Shown in pieces: positions 10,545 to 21,011 of a stretch of 64,000 nucleotides of DNA. The stretch spans positions 62,001-126,000 of IMG/VR virus record IMGVR_UViG_3300044712_001937; one strand, 5' to 3'. The notes beneath the pieces were generated by a model that was given only the letters and a program-made list of their open reading frames with translations, had not been told where the DNA came from and ran no database searches. Position 1 is the first letter of the stretch. Every line of letters begins with the position of its first letter. The position numbers and the translations under genes were made by a program.

Positions 10545-11096
10545 TTAATTTCCTTTTGTTTCATTTAAAAATGGAACAACATCTTCTTTTACAGGTACTC
10601 CTGTTATTTTTCGCCAGTAAGGTTTAAAACCTCCAATTGATTGTTTTGTTGTATCAGTAATCATATTAGCATTTTCGACTTCATAAAATCTTCTTTTTTC
10701 ACCCGAAAAATTATATTCGATAATATCACCACGATTAATTTCTAAATTTTTTTCTTCTAATTCTTTAAGATAAACTCCAAATGTAATATTTCCAGTATCA
10801 TCACGAGTTATACCACCTCTATTTTCGCCATAGTATAATTGTTTGCTTTCATCAACATTTACCATAACACTAATTTTCACAGGTGGCATAAATTTTTTGT
10901 CTTTAGATTTAGTTTGACCATATAAACTATGGGATTTAGTCTCAATAATATTAATCTTATGTATAGTAACTTCTTGAGCATTATCTGTATCAAGAAAATT
11001 TCTACCATACATTACATCAAGATTAAAAGAATTATCAGTCATAAATAAACCGTATCTATTATCTTCAAGATTTTCAACTTGTTTTTTCTTTCTCAT
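10545..11096 (-). CDS. Neck/head-closure protein (T4 gp14-like)
   Basis: Size, position next to the gp13-like gene, FMPPVKI...INRGDIIEY...FYEV pattern. Confidence 0.55.
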   Translation of the reverse strand: MRKKKQVENLEDNRYGLFMTDNSFNLDVMYGRNFLDTDNAQEVTIHKINIIETKSHSLYGQTKSKDKKFMPPVKISVMVNVDESKQLYYGENRGGITRDDTGNITFGVYLKELEEKNLEINRGDIIEYNFSGEKRRFYEVENANMITDTTKQSIGGFKPYWRKITGVPVKEDVVPFLNETKGN

Positions 11097-11098
11097 TG

Positions 11099-12217
11099 TT
11101 AAATACTAATTATAGGGAACATTGGTGGTTGATAACCACGTTCTTTATTTACATTTTCAGCAATCTTAGCACGTTCTTCAGTTAAGTTAACCTGACTTAA
11201 TTTAGTTAACTGGTCTAATATAATTTTTTCAGTATCTTCTTTTAATTTAGTTCCTTCTTCAAGTAAATGTCGATAATCCATAGTTAATTGCTTTTCAGCA
11301 ACACCAAGTTCACCAGTATAAAAACCACGAATTCCACCGATTACCATTTTTACTTTCGCAATAAGTAAATTACGTATTTGTTGACGAGCAACATCATTTA
11401 ATTTATCCCATTTCAATATTGTTGTTGGAGGGTCTGAAGGAAGTTTAATGATATCATCATTTTCTTCCATACATTTATCTCTTCCAGTATTATTAGTATC
11501 ATAATACCAATACCATACCTTTCTTCCATTATAATGTTTTCCCCATCCATCATTAATTTCATTTCGACTACCGGGTATAGGATATAAATGCAATAATTTT
11601 TCTCCTGATGCTAATCCAGTTATACGATATGTTAATGTAGATTGCATTACTCTTTGTTTTGTTCCTCTATCTTGTGCAGATAATAGTGCTGAATATGTGG
11701 GTTGAACATATGAAGCTGGACGACCAAGATAAGACCATCCTAACATTCCAGCAGACCAACCAACTGTTGTATATGGGTCAACTAACCCTCCACCTATTTC
11801 TGGTGGAGTTTCCCATAATACTTCATTAACTTCACGATTTGCAGGAATTAAATAATGTTGAGTGTTTGCAGAACATACTATATAATCACGTTTAAGTTCC
11901 CAACCAGTAGCTGCTGGAGCATTTGTGCCTAAACCAACTTGTTTAGAATAAGCATATGTAAAAGATTCCATATATTTATTTGATTTAGTAGTAAATGCAG
12001 ATAAAAAATCAGCGTTTCCACTACTTAAACCTTCTAATCCAATCCATTGTTGTTGAATTAACCAATTATTTATAATTGATGAATAATCTTCAAGTACCAT
12101 TTCATAATACGAATCCATCATTTCATCTTTTAACTCAAAAGGACGTAATGGATAACCTAATTCATGTTTTACATGAAGGTATAATTTATTTCTATCTACT
12201 GTTGTTATTAACGCCAT
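11099..12217 (-). CDS. Neck/head-tail adaptor protein (T4 gp13-like); start revised to MALITT
   Basis: KLYLHVKHELGYP...ELKDEMMD...VLEDYS start typical of gp13-like neck proteins; late motif 12243-12251. Confidence 0.6.
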   Translation of the reverse strand: MALITTVDRNKLYLHVKHELGYPLRPFELKDEMMDSYYEMVLEDYSSIINNWLIQQQWIGLEGLSSGNADFLSAFTTKSNKYMESFTYAYSKQVGLGTNAPAATGWELKRDYIVCSANTQHYLIPANREVNEVLWETPPEIGGGLVDPYTTVGWSAGMLGWSYLGRPASYVQPTYSALLSAQDRGTKQRVMQSTLTYRITGLASGEKLLHLYPIPGSRNEINDGWGKHYNGRKVWYWYYDTNNTGRDKCMEENDDIIKLPSDPPTTILKWDKLNDVARQQIRNLLIAKVKMVIGGIRGFYTGELGVAEKQLTMDYRHLLEEGTKLKEDTEKIILDQLTKLSQVNLTEERAKIAENVNKERGYQPPMFPIISI

Positions 12218-12267
12218 AATTTTATTATATTTGTATTTCAATAATAAATACTTTAAGATATTATATT

Positions 12268-12729
12268 ATGTCAAAAATTGAATATGAAATAGCTTTAAAT
12301 GAATCAGGAAGACCTTGTATTGAATTAGGTACAGATTATAAAGAAACTGCTGCTGATAAATTTTTTTGTATTGAAATAACGAGATATTTATTACAAGGAA
12401 TGTATAGTCGTAGAAGAGATGATTTAGACCAAAATACTGTAGAACAATTATTAAACTCTATCAATTTTCTTGGTCAAATTAGCGATGAAACCGCAGCATT
12501 AATTTGGAAAGGAATGAGAGAAGTAGGTGATATTGCATTTTTAACTAATAATAACTACCATATAATTGTTGAAACTCTTGAAGATTTAAATAAACTTGAC
12601 CAAAATTTAATTCTTTTTGGTGAAAAAATATTTAAAAGAAAAGAAGGATTAAAAGTGTTAGTTACTAAAGAGATGCAAATATATGAATTAGTTGGTGGTA
12701 TTGAAAATCAAAATTGGAGTAAATTATAA
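12268..12729 (+). CDS. Hypothetical protein
   Basis: 153-aa ORF coupled to the helicase. Confidence 0.55.
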   Translation: MSKIEYEIALNESGRPCIELGTDYKETAADKFFCIEITRYLLQGMYSRRRDDLDQNTVEQLLNSINFLGQISDETAALIWKGMREVGDIAFLTNNNYHIIVETLEDLNKLDQNLILFGEKIFKRKEGLKVLVTKEMQIYELVGGIENQNWSKL

Positions 12730-15227
12730 TGAAACCTACTTCAGAACAAGAACGAATATTTACATTCGTACAAAAACGTCCTGAAAATATTTTAATTAAG
12801 GCATTTGCTGGTTGTGGTAAATGCCTTGGTATCGATACATCTATTTTAATGTATGATGGTACAATAAAAAAAGTTCAAGAAATTAAAATAGGTGATTTTT
12901 TAATGGGCGATGATTCAACTCCAAGAAAAGTATTATCAATTAATTGTGGATATGGTGATTTATTTAACATAATACCTCAAAAGGGTAATTCTTGGATATG
13001 TAATGATATTCATGTAATGTCATTATATCATGAATATAAAAATAAAATAATTGATATTCCTCTTAATGAAATTAATTATCCTAAATATCCTAATGGTAAT
13101 TATAGATATGGACGTATAGTAAGAACTGGTGTAGAATTTAATTCACAAAATATAACAATCGACCCATATTTATTAGGATTATGGTTAGGTGATGGTACTA
13201 AAGAAAAAGGTTCACCTATAATACATGTACATGTAAACGAAAAACCTATTATCAATTATTTGTTAAATATTAAATATGAAAACATTACTCCGAAATTTAA
13301 TAAATATAAAAAAAATTTATATAGTGTTAGTTTAACCACAGAAAATTTTCATGGTCGAACTGTAAATAATATATTAAGAGATGAGTTTAAAAAATGTTTA
13401 AATGTTGATGGTAGTTTTTCAATACCAAAAAATTATTTAATTAATTCAACTGAAAATAGATTAAAATTATTAGCAGGTATTATCGATACTGATGGTCATA
13501 ATCATCATAAATATTTTGAAATTATAACTAAATATAAATCATTTGCAAATGATTTACTATTTCTTTCTCGTAGTTTAGGCTTTGCTGCTTATGTAAGTGA
13601 AAAAATTGGAACAATAAAAAAAATAAATTTTAGTGGCAAATATTGGAGAGTTATAATAAGTGGTTCTTTTGAGAATCTACCTTGTTTGCTTGATAGGAAA
13701 AGATGTAAGCCAAGAATACAAACTAAATCTGTTTTAAGAACTGGATTTAAAAAAGAATATGCTGGAAAGGGAAATTATTTTGGGTTTACTTTAGATGGTA
13801 ATGGAAGATTTTTATTGGAAGATTTTACTATAACCCATAATACTTCAACTATTGTTGAAGCTGTTAAAATGTTACCGAAAGATAAATCTATAATGTTTTT
13901 AGCTTTCAATAAACATATTCAAGAAGAATTAAAAACTAAATTGCCAGAACATGTTCGTTGTTACACTACATATGGATTAGGAAATGCAGCTATTAAAAGA
14001 AAATATGGTGATAAAATTAAATTTGATGAATTTAAAATAGATAAAATCATCAATAAAAAGGTTAAAAATTGGGATTTAGAATCTGAATTTAATGATGAAA
14101 ATGAAATTGCTATATATTTAAACAACATCAAAAAACTTGTTAATCTTTGTAGATTAACTATGACAATTAAACCTGAATATGTACCATATGTTGCAGATAG
14201 ATATGATGTAAATATCAATAAATCAAAAGATATTAAACGTGTACTTAAAGTTTTAGATGAAGCCACTACAGATAGAACATTGTACGATTATACCGATATG
14301 ATATTTTTACCTGCTATTGATAATGGAATATGGATGTTTCCACAGGATTATGTTTTTGTTGATGAAGTTCAAGATTTAAATCGTTGTCAAATAAAAATAA
14401 TTGAAAAAGTTTTAAAAAGAGATAAGACAAGTGGAAAATTTACTGGTAGATTAATTGCTGTTGGTGATTTTTTTCAAGGAATATATGGATTTAATGCTGC
14501 AGATGAAAAATCATTTGAATGGTTTGAAAAATTTGCAAACACTAAAATTTTACCGTTATCAGTTTCATTTAGATGTTCAAAAAACGTTATAATTGAAGCA
14601 CAAAAAATAGTTCCAGATATTAAAGCTTTAGATAATGCACCTGATGGTTTAGTTAGAGAAGGTGATGTTTTAAATGAAGCAGGTGATGGTGATTTTATTA
14701 TTTGTCGCACAACAATGCCATTAGTTAAGTTATTTTTTGAATTCCTTACACAACATAAAAAAGCTATTATTAAAGGTTCTGATATTGGAGTTCATTTAAT
14801 TGAATTAATTGGAAAAATAAATTCATTAGAAAATTTAGTTAATTTTTGGGAACGTGAACTACAAACATATAGAAAAGATTTAAAAGCGGAAGGTATTTTA
14901 AACCCAAATGAGCATTCGGGATATTCAAATCTTCAAGATAAAGTAACCACATTATTATTTTTAGCAAAAATAGCTGATAATGTTGAAGATTTGAAAAATA
15001 AAATAAAATTAATATTTACTGATGAAATTAAAGGTATTGTATTAAGTACTGTACATAAAGTAAAAGGTTTGGAAGCTAATCGTGTGTTTATTGTTCGTCC
15101 AGATTTATTACCAATGGCAAATGTTCAAGGTTGGCAATATATTCAAGAAAAAAATTTACATTATGTTGCTATTACAAGAGCTAAACATGAGTTAATTTAT
15201 GATAGAAATTGGAGTGATGAAAATTAA
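12729..15227 (+). CDS. UvrD/Rep-like SF1 helicase interrupted by an intein
   Basis: Walker A AFAGCGK/T split by the intein; VFVDEVQD, VGDFFQGIYGF, LSVSFRC, STVHKVKGLE, YVAITRA. Confidence 0.9.
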   Translation: MKPTSEQERIFTFVQKRPENILIKAFAGCGKCLGIDTSILMYDGTIKKVQEIKIGDFLMGDDSTPRKVLSINCGYGDLFNIIPQKGNSWICNDIHVMSLYHEYKNKIIDIPLNEINYPKYPNGNYRYGRIVRTGVEFNSQNITIDPYLLGLWLGDGTKEKGSPIIHVHVNEKPIINYLLNIKYENITPKFNKYKKNLYSVSLTTENFHGRTVNNILRDEFKKCLNVDGSFSIPKNYLINSTENRLKLLAGIIDTDGHNHHKYFEIITKYKSFANDLLFLSRSLGFAAYVSEKIGTIKKINFSGKYWRVIISGSFENLPCLLDRKRCKPRIQTKSVLRTGFKKEYAGKGNYFGFTLDGNGRFLLEDFTITHNTSTIVEAVKMLPKDKSIMFLAFNKHIQEELKTKLPEHVRCYTTYGLGNAAIKRKYGDKIKFDEFKIDKIINKKVKNWDLESEFNDENEIAIYLNNIKKLVNLCRLTMTIKPEYVPYVADRYDVNINKSKDIKRVLKVLDEATTDRTLYDYTDMIFLPAIDNGIWMFPQDYVFVDEVQDLNRCQIKIIEKVLKRDKTSGKFTGRLIAVGDFFQGIYGFNAADEKSFEWFEKFANTKILPLSVSFRCSKNVIIEAQKIVPDIKALDNAPDGLVREGDVLNEAGDGDFIICRTTMPLVKLFFEFLTQHKKAIIKGSDIGVHLIELIGKINSLENLVNFWERELQTYRKDLKAEGILNPNEHSGYSNLQDKVTTLLFLAKIADNVEDLKNKIKLIFTDEIKGIVLSTVHKVKGLEANRVFIVRPDLLPMANVQGWQYIQEKNLHYVAITRAKHELIYDRNWSDEN
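12822..13841 (+). mobile_element. Intein (340 aa) with LAGLIDADG-type endonuclease
   Basis: Starts CLGIDT, ends DFTITHN followed by Thr; contains LLGLWLGDG and LAGIIDTDG blocks. Confidence 0.92.
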
Positions 15228-15327
15228 ATTGTCATTATTTTGTAAATTTATGTCATTATTTGTAATTTTTTTATAAATTTGCATATTTATATCTTTATAA
15301 TAATAATAATTTAATTAATTTTACACA

Positions 15328-15447
15328 ATGAAAAAACTATTTTTTATTTCGATTATTTTCTGTGCTCTTTTAGCATCATGTACAAGTAATTCTTCATGCA
15401 ACAAAACCACAGACAGTACAGCAGTTGATACAACAGTTGTAAAATAA
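15328..15447 (+). CDS. 39-aa lipoprotein missed by the ORF track
   Basis: MKKLFFISIIFCALLASC-TSNSSCNKTTDSTAVDTTVVK; lipobox LASC; TAAATTTG promoter element upstream; hairpin downstream. Confidence 0.7.
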   Translation: MKKLFFISIIFCALLASCTSNSSCNKTTDSTAVDTTVVK

Positions 15448-15454
15448 TTTTGAC

Positions 15455-15482
15455 GTTCCATATCGCTTCGGTGATATGGAAC
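15455..15482 (+). terminator. Stable TTCG hairpin after the small lipoprotein gene
   Basis: GTTCCATATCGC-TTCG-GTGATATGGAAC; only a weak U-tract. Confidence 0.55.
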
Positions 15483-15501
15483 AATTTATTTTAATTAAAT
15501 T

Positions 15502-15780
15502 ATGAGGTGGATAGTAAGAATAACTAATGAATTAAACAAAAGAATCAATGTTTCCTTTGACCCTTTAAATGAAATCATTTATTTTCGTGGAGAATATAAA
15601 CCTAAAAATGTTGAATGGATTGTATTTAGTGAAATTATAAGTCCAATTAATATCGATTTAGATATTATCGAAACAAAATTATTTGAAGCTTATGAACTTT
15701 TAACAAAAAGAGTTGATATATATTTGAACCTTTCACAAGGTTTTGAATTTATTAAAGAAATTGAAATTAAAAAAGATTAA
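15502..15780 (+). CDS. Hypothetical protein
   Basis: 92-aa ORF. Confidence 0.55.
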   Translation: MRWIVRITNELNKRINVSFDPLNEIIYFRGEYKPKNVEWIVFSEIISPINIDLDIIETKLFEAYELLTKRVDIYLNLSQGFEFIKEIEIKKD

Positions 15781-16172
15781 AGTAATTCAGCTATTAATTT
15801 AATAGAATCACTTTCACTATAAGGATAATAATATTTAGTGTTAATAAATCCAAATGAACCCTTACCAACATTTGAATTATTCACCGGAACGTTTTTTTTT
15901 GACTCATTTAAAACATTTATTGATGTGTTCAAAGACCCAATAGATGTATTTATTTTTCCTAATTCATCATAAAACAATCTATTTTGTTCTTTTTGGTCAT
16001 TATACATTAATTGATAATGTTCTTCCATTTTATCTACTTTAGGAACTACAACTAATTGATAGAACCCATAAAATAAACCCAGCATTGATGTTATTAATAC
16101 AATAAAACTTCTTATTGAAAATATAATCTGAGTATTTGCATCAATTTTTGTATCAGTACCCTTTTTCACCAT
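15777..16172 (-). CDS. Single-pass membrane protein with coiled coil (holin/spanin-like candidate)
   Basis: One TM segment (FIVLITSMLGLFYGFYQLVVV) followed by a heptad-like region. Confidence 0.45.
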   Translation of the reverse strand: MVKKGTDTKIDANTQIIFSIRSFIVLITSMLGLFYGFYQLVVVPKVDKMEEHYQLMYNDQKEQNRLFYDELGKINTSIGSLNTSINVLNESKKNVPVNNSNVGKGSFGFINTKYYYPYSESDSIKLIAELL

Positions 16173-16193
16173 CTTAATTTCCTTTTTAATATA

Positions 16194-16661
16194 TTAATTT
16201 TTATTAAAATTAGAACTTTCCCACATAATTTTAATATCAATTCTATTATTATCAGTTTCGTACCAGTAAATCAAAGTATCATCTGTATTAATTAATGCAG
16301 TGAAACCTTTTGGAAATTGTTGAAACGTCATCTCAATGCCATTTATATAAATTTTAGCATTAAATATCCAAGTCTTTACTGATGTGTTATTTAATTTTGA
16401 ACCGCTAATTAAGTATAATTCATACCTATATTTAGGTAATGAAGCAACTGTTTTTCGCTTTTGCTCATAATTAGGACAACTTAAAATCCTTTGTACTGTT
16501 GCAAATGATGATATAGATAACATTTCTGATTTGGAAATTTCATAAGACCAATTACCATAATCAGCATATAATTTTTTTTCTCCATAAGTTTGACCATTAA
16601 TCGAGAAAAATGAAATTATTATTAGTATTCCGGATACTAAAGTTTTCAACTTCATTTGCAA
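16194..16661 (-). CDS. Secreted/periplasmic protein
   Basis: Signal peptide ending INGQ; late motif 16674-16682. Confidence 0.5.
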   Translation of the reverse strand: MQMKLKTLVSGILIIISFFSINGQTYGEKKLYADYGNWSYEISKSEMLSISSFATVQRILSCPNYEQKRKTVASLPKYRYELYLISGSKLNNTSVKTWIFNAKIYINGIEMTFQQFPKGFTALINTDDTLIYWYETDNNRIDIKIMWESSNFNKN

Positions 16662-16740
16662 TTTTATTACAGATATAAATACAATAAAATTTTACATTAT
16701 ATTATCAAAAATCATAAAAAATCTCATTTTTATATAAAAA

Positions 16741-16767
16741 AAAAGGGTTGATAATCTCAACCCTTTT
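16741..16767 (-). terminator. Terminator of the capsid operon
   Basis: AAAAGGGTTGA-TAATC-TCAACCCTTTT with a long A-run that forms the U-tract on the minus strand. Confidence 0.8.
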
Positions 16768-16785
16768 ATTCTATTGTATTATAGA

Positions 16786-18468
16786 TTATTGTAAATCACC
16801 AATACCCCAAGTTTGTAAACCATCACATAAGATTTTACCATAATAACGGTTAAGCACCATCTTTTTAGCGTAACGTGTCATGATACCACGAATAGGAGTG
16901 AAATCGAATGGATTGTACATTACAGGAGTTAACTGCATTGGTACATAAGGAGCATAAATATATCCAGTTTCAAGAATTGAAGTACCTTTGTGACCAATTA
17001 ATATTGTATTAGCTGGTGCATATGGGTCTCTGTAAACTTGATAACGACCTGATAAGATACCGATTTTTTCAATACCCATATTATATTTATCTTGTTCAGG
17101 GTCAGCATTACTAACGTGGAAATATTCAAGGTCATCGAATACTGCAGAAACTTCAGGAGAAACTACTACCCAAGAAGCACCACCACGTAATGTTGATTTA
17201 TGAATTTGAGCTGAAATTTGGTTAACTTTAGTGATTAAAGTTTGATTCCAGTCTTTTTGAGTTCCGTAATATGCATTAGTTTGTTTACGTAAACCATTGT
17301 AATCCCAACGAGCAACCCATGCAGCACCTCTACGTAAATCACGAAGAATTTCACGGTCAATTTCTGCAGCCATTTGTTCTGATAATAAAGCAGTTAATTC
17401 AGCTTCAGCATCAATATTATGGAAAGCACTAACGTCTTGAGCTAATTCAGGAGTCCACATAGCACGCATTTTACGTGATTCTACAGATACTGTTACTTGG
17501 TCAAGTACGAATGTAACTTCAGCCATTTTTGAATCTTCTTCCATATCACTATAAGTGTTATATGTTACAGTAAATGAAGGAGTTGTTGCAGCACTCAATG
17601 CTTGATAACCATTTGTACCTGCATATGAAATGTCAGCTACAAGAACAATTTGACCAGCACTATTAACAATTGCTTGTCCGTATTTTTGAACTTTTACATT
17701 AAAAGGAATTGAATTTCCAGCAGTAATAGTTTCAGATGCATAAGGAGCAGGAGCAGTTAAATTAACTGAAGCAGTTATTTTTAATGAAGCTAAGAAAGAT
17801 TCTGTATCCATTGGAACACCAGCAGGACCTATTAATTTTCCTTGGTCAGTTGTTGAAAAACCACCAGCAGTAATAGTAATATACTTATCAGTACCAAGTG
17901 TATAAGAAGCAACACTTGTAGTTGCTGTAATAGTTAATATTTCGCCTCTTGAACGGTCGAATAGTGAAGTACCTTCATCACCATAAGAAGTAGCATAGAA
18001 AGAATCATATAATGATTTAGTTTCAAACTGAGTTCTTTCAATGTTTGCTTTATCTGCAGCATTACCATATGCACCATTAGGTGAAGTATGTTCATTACCT
18101 GAAGTAGTTGTATGAGTATTATCTAATACACGTGTACTTGTTTTAGGGTTGATGTAATATAATTTACCAATAGGTAAATTTAATGCCTGTACAGATACGA
18201 TATCATTAGCTAATAATTTAGCAAATACCCTACGAATAACAGGGAATGCAACTGTTTCAAACTGACCACTTGAAGTAGCATCAGTAGATTCGTTAATCAT
18301 GTATGATAATTGGTTTTCGAATAATTGCGCACAATTTTCTTTAACATTACCATCTAATCCTTCTAACAAACCAATTTTTTCCCAACGGTTTGTAGTAATT
18401 TCTCTTTGTTCACGAAGTTGTTTTAATCCAATATTACCAACTTCAGCACTTTCTGTTAAAAATCCCAT
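16786..18468 (-). CDS. gp23: Major capsid protein (T4 gp23-like)
   Basis: FPVIRRVF, VSVQAL, ESRKMRAMWTPELAQD, AEAELTALLSEQMAAEIDREI, YIYAPYVP, GIMTRY. Confidence 0.97.
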   Translation of the reverse strand: MGFLTESAEVGNIGLKQLREQREITTNRWEKIGLLEGLDGNVKENCAQLFENQLSYMINESTDATSSGQFETVAFPVIRRVFAKLLANDIVSVQALNLPIGKLYYINPKTSTRVLDNTHTTTSGNEHTSPNGAYGNAADKANIERTQFETKSLYDSFYATSYGDEGTSLFDRSRGEILTITATTSVASYTLGTDKYITITAGGFSTTDQGKLIGPAGVPMDTESFLASLKITASVNLTAPAPYASETITAGNSIPFNVKVQKYGQAIVNSAGQIVLVADISYAGTNGYQALSAATTPSFTVTYNTYSDMEEDSKMAEVTFVLDQVTVSVESRKMRAMWTPELAQDVSAFHNIDAEAELTALLSEQMAAEIDREILRDLRRGAAWVARWDYNGLRKQTNAYYGTQKDWNQTLITKVNQISAQIHKSTLRGGASWVVVSPEVSAVFDDLEYFHVSNADPEQDKYNMGIEKIGILSGRYQVYRDPYAPANTILIGHKGTSILETGYIYAPYVPMQLTPVMYNPFDFTPIRGIMTRYAKKMVLNRYYGKILCDGLQTWGIGDLQ

Positions 18469-18494
18469 TTTTAATATTTTTAATTTTTATTTAT

Positions 18495-20174
18495 TTATTT
18501 TTTACCTCTTGTTTCCACGTAATTGATAAGTTTTCTCATTTTATTAATATGAGCATCATTTGCGTAGGCTGTTTTTTCTACTACTTCATCAAGTTTTTGC
18601 TTTGAACTTGGTTGTATTGAGGTAGATACCTTTTTTTCAAAGCTTTCAGTTATAGTTTTTTTACCAACTTTCATTTCTGAAAGAATAGTTTTATATTTAT
18701 TCTGTGATTCAGTAATACTATTAACTTGTTTAAATTCGTTAATAATTTTTATTTTATCTTCTTGTGTTAATGCTAATTCTTCATTCACTAAAATATTATT
18801 TACATGAGCTAAATTAGTATTGAACACAGCCATTTCTTTTAATTGTGAACGATATTTCTCAAGAGCGTTTTTATAGCTTTCGATTAAAGTACTTGCAGAT
18901 TTTTTATATTTAATACTTTCATTTAATTTTTTAGTCAATTTCTTGTTTTCATCAATTAAACCTCCTAATTTTTTACTAACATTTTCATTTGTATTGTTTA
19001 CACTACCCAAACGTTTATGTCTACCTTGTGCAAAATCAGGAGCTGGTAAATGGTCACCTGCAACTTGTTTACTTGCACTATGAGCAATACCCATAGCTTC
19101 GTCAACAGGAGCATTTCCATCACCTAAAGTATTTGTAATATCTTCTTCTGTAATAGAAGTTTCATCGGTTACAGCAGGAGCAACTTGTTGTGATAATTGT
19201 TCTAATTCTTCGTCACTCATACCTTCTAAATTTGCAGTAATGCCTTGAATTAAAGCAGAACGGTCTATTTCAGCAATTTCTTCAGGTTCTTCTTGACTTT
19301 CTTCACCACCAAATTCACCAATAAGACCTTGTAATATTTCAACCATGTCTTTTAGTTTTTCAACAGTAGAATCTTCATTACCTTCTTCACCACCTTCAAT
19401 ATTTTCCATTCCTTCAATACCTTCATCATTATCTTCACCACCTTCACCATTTTCATTACCTTTCATACCTTCTTCACCACTTCCAGCATTGTCAAGTTCA
19501 CCACTTAAATTATCCATATTTGATATTTCATCATCAATTTCATCAATAGTGATAACTTCATCGCTGCCATCCATTTCATCTAAAGCTGTGTTAATTTCAT
19601 TCATGTCAAGACCTGTCATATCAAGTTCTTCACTAACATTAGTCATTGGTTTTCCTGAAGTTGGAGCTACAATTTTATTGTCAAATCTTTTTCCGTTATT
19701 ACTATCGGCACTATTACCAAAATTAGGAGTATCAGATTCTTTATCAGCTATAAAACTTTTTTCACGTTCTTCAAAAATTCCAGTATTTTTTGCTTTTTCA
19801 GTAAATGTGCTATCATCACGTGTATCTGTGATTTTAACATCTTCTGAAACTTTAGCAACATTCTTAGCACCTTTAGTAAAAGGTTCACCTTTGTTTACAA
19901 CCGAATTGGTTTCTTTAATTTGTTCTTTCATAACAGGTTCTTCATTATTTGTATTTGTATTATCTACTTCAGTAGATTCTTCGCTTTCGTCCAATTTTTT
20001 ATAGGACTCTTTTTTAGATTTATTTTTAGTAATTTCTTCTTTCAATAAATTATTAAACTTATCTGGAAATTCATCTACTAACTTTTTCTTTGCATTAGCT
20101 TCTGCTGTTTCCAAAATTGCGTTATAGTCGCTTAAAGCTTCTTTTATTATTGATGTTTTTTTATCGTCTTTCAT
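18495..20174 (-). CDS. Prohead core/scaffold protein (gp22-like)
   Basis: Acidic coiled-coil protein between protease and MCP genes; many (I/L/V)xE sites. Confidence 0.75.
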   Translation of the reverse strand: MKDDKKTSIIKEALSDYNAILETAEANAKKKLVDEFPDKFNNLLKEEITKNKSKKESYKKLDESEESTEVDNTNTNNEEPVMKEQIKETNSVVNKGEPFTKGAKNVAKVSEDVKITDTRDDSTFTEKAKNTGIFEEREKSFIADKESDTPNFGNSADSNNGKRFDNKIVAPTSGKPMTNVSEELDMTGLDMNEINTALDEMDGSDEVITIDEIDDEISNMDNLSGELDNAGSGEEGMKGNENGEGGEDNDEGIEGMENIEGGEEGNEDSTVEKLKDMVEILQGLIGEFGGEESQEEPEEIAEIDRSALIQGITANLEGMSDEELEQLSQQVAPAVTDETSITEEDITNTLGDGNAPVDEAMGIAHSASKQVAGDHLPAPDFAQGRHKRLGSVNNTNENVSKKLGGLIDENKKLTKKLNESIKYKKSASTLIESYKNALEKYRSQLKEMAVFNTNLAHVNNILVNEELALTQEDKIKIINEFKQVNSITESQNKYKTILSEMKVGKKTITESFEKKVSTSIQPSSKQKLDEVVEKTAYANDAHINKMRKLINYVETRGKK

Positions 20175-20277
20175 ATTATTAAATTATCAGTCAATACCAT
20201 AATTTTTATATAAATACATTCTTTTTATGGAAAAGTATTATTTTTAATAATTTTCTTGTTTTTTTAAAAAAATTTGA

Positions 20278-20997
20278 TTATAACAAAAACTTGTCAATAG
20301 CTGTAATAATCTTATTTTCATCTTCTTTTAAATAAATTCCATTTTTATTTACATAATTTTCACCGAAACTATTATTAGTACCAGTTTGACTAATTGGAAA
20401 TAAAAATGCACCGGGTGTACTTGGTGTTGCAACTAAGTCAAAACCAATTAATTCGAAATCATTCTGTACTAAATTTTCACCATTAATTTCCTTTAATGTA
20501 CCGACACCACGGGAACTAATACCTAATTTTATTTTATTTTGTAGATATAAAACGATTTTATCACCTATAACTGAACAAACACCATATTTAATATATCCCG
20601 GACTTACAATTAATTTTAATTGTCCATATAACACATTTTCCTCATCTCCCTTACCCCACCACATTTTAGTAATTAAATGTGAAATGTTTTGTAAGGAAAT
20701 GATGCTTGAATCCGGATGGTCAGCTTCTGAAACTGCACTATTATTATCAACTAATTGTTGATACATTTGTGCTTGTGGTACTAATACGTCTTTAGGATAT
20801 ATCCTACCATTTTTATTTTTAACACCCCATTTTTGTAATACACAGTTAACTAATACTGGTTCATTTGGTTTTAATACAAATCCTTCAGTTATTATTGTAG
20901 GATTCAATTCAGAGCTTAAAAAACCTGCGTCATGCTCAATAAGAATCATTTTTTCGTTGAAACGATTTTCGCAATATGTGTTAATATATTTAATCAT
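20278..20997 (-). CDS. gp21: Prohead protease (T4 gp21-like, S77)
   Basis: KNKNGRIYPKDVL, SEADHP, LGISSRGVG, FDLVATPSTPGA. Confidence 0.95.
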   Translation of the reverse strand: MIKYINTYCENRFNEKMILIEHDAGFLSSELNPTIITEGFVLKPNEPVLVNCVLQKWGVKNKNGRIYPKDVLVPQAQMYQQLVDNNSAVSEADHPDSSIISLQNISHLITKMWWGKGDEENVLYGQLKLIVSPGYIKYGVCSVIGDKIVLYLQNKIKLGISSRGVGTLKEINGENLVQNDFELIGFDLVATPSTPGAFLFPISQTGTNNSFGENYVNKNGIYLKEDENKIITAIDKFLL

Positions 20998-21011
20998 TTT
21001 TATTATTCAAT

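Noticed and set aside
19345-20004. 219-aa plus-strand ORF, and similar shadow ORFs (547, 4291, 10004, 13961, 23921, 28078, 29848, 34288, 36035 and others)
   Set aside because: They overlap well-supported genes, mostly antisense, and have Ser/Phe-rich low-information composition typical of shadow frames.
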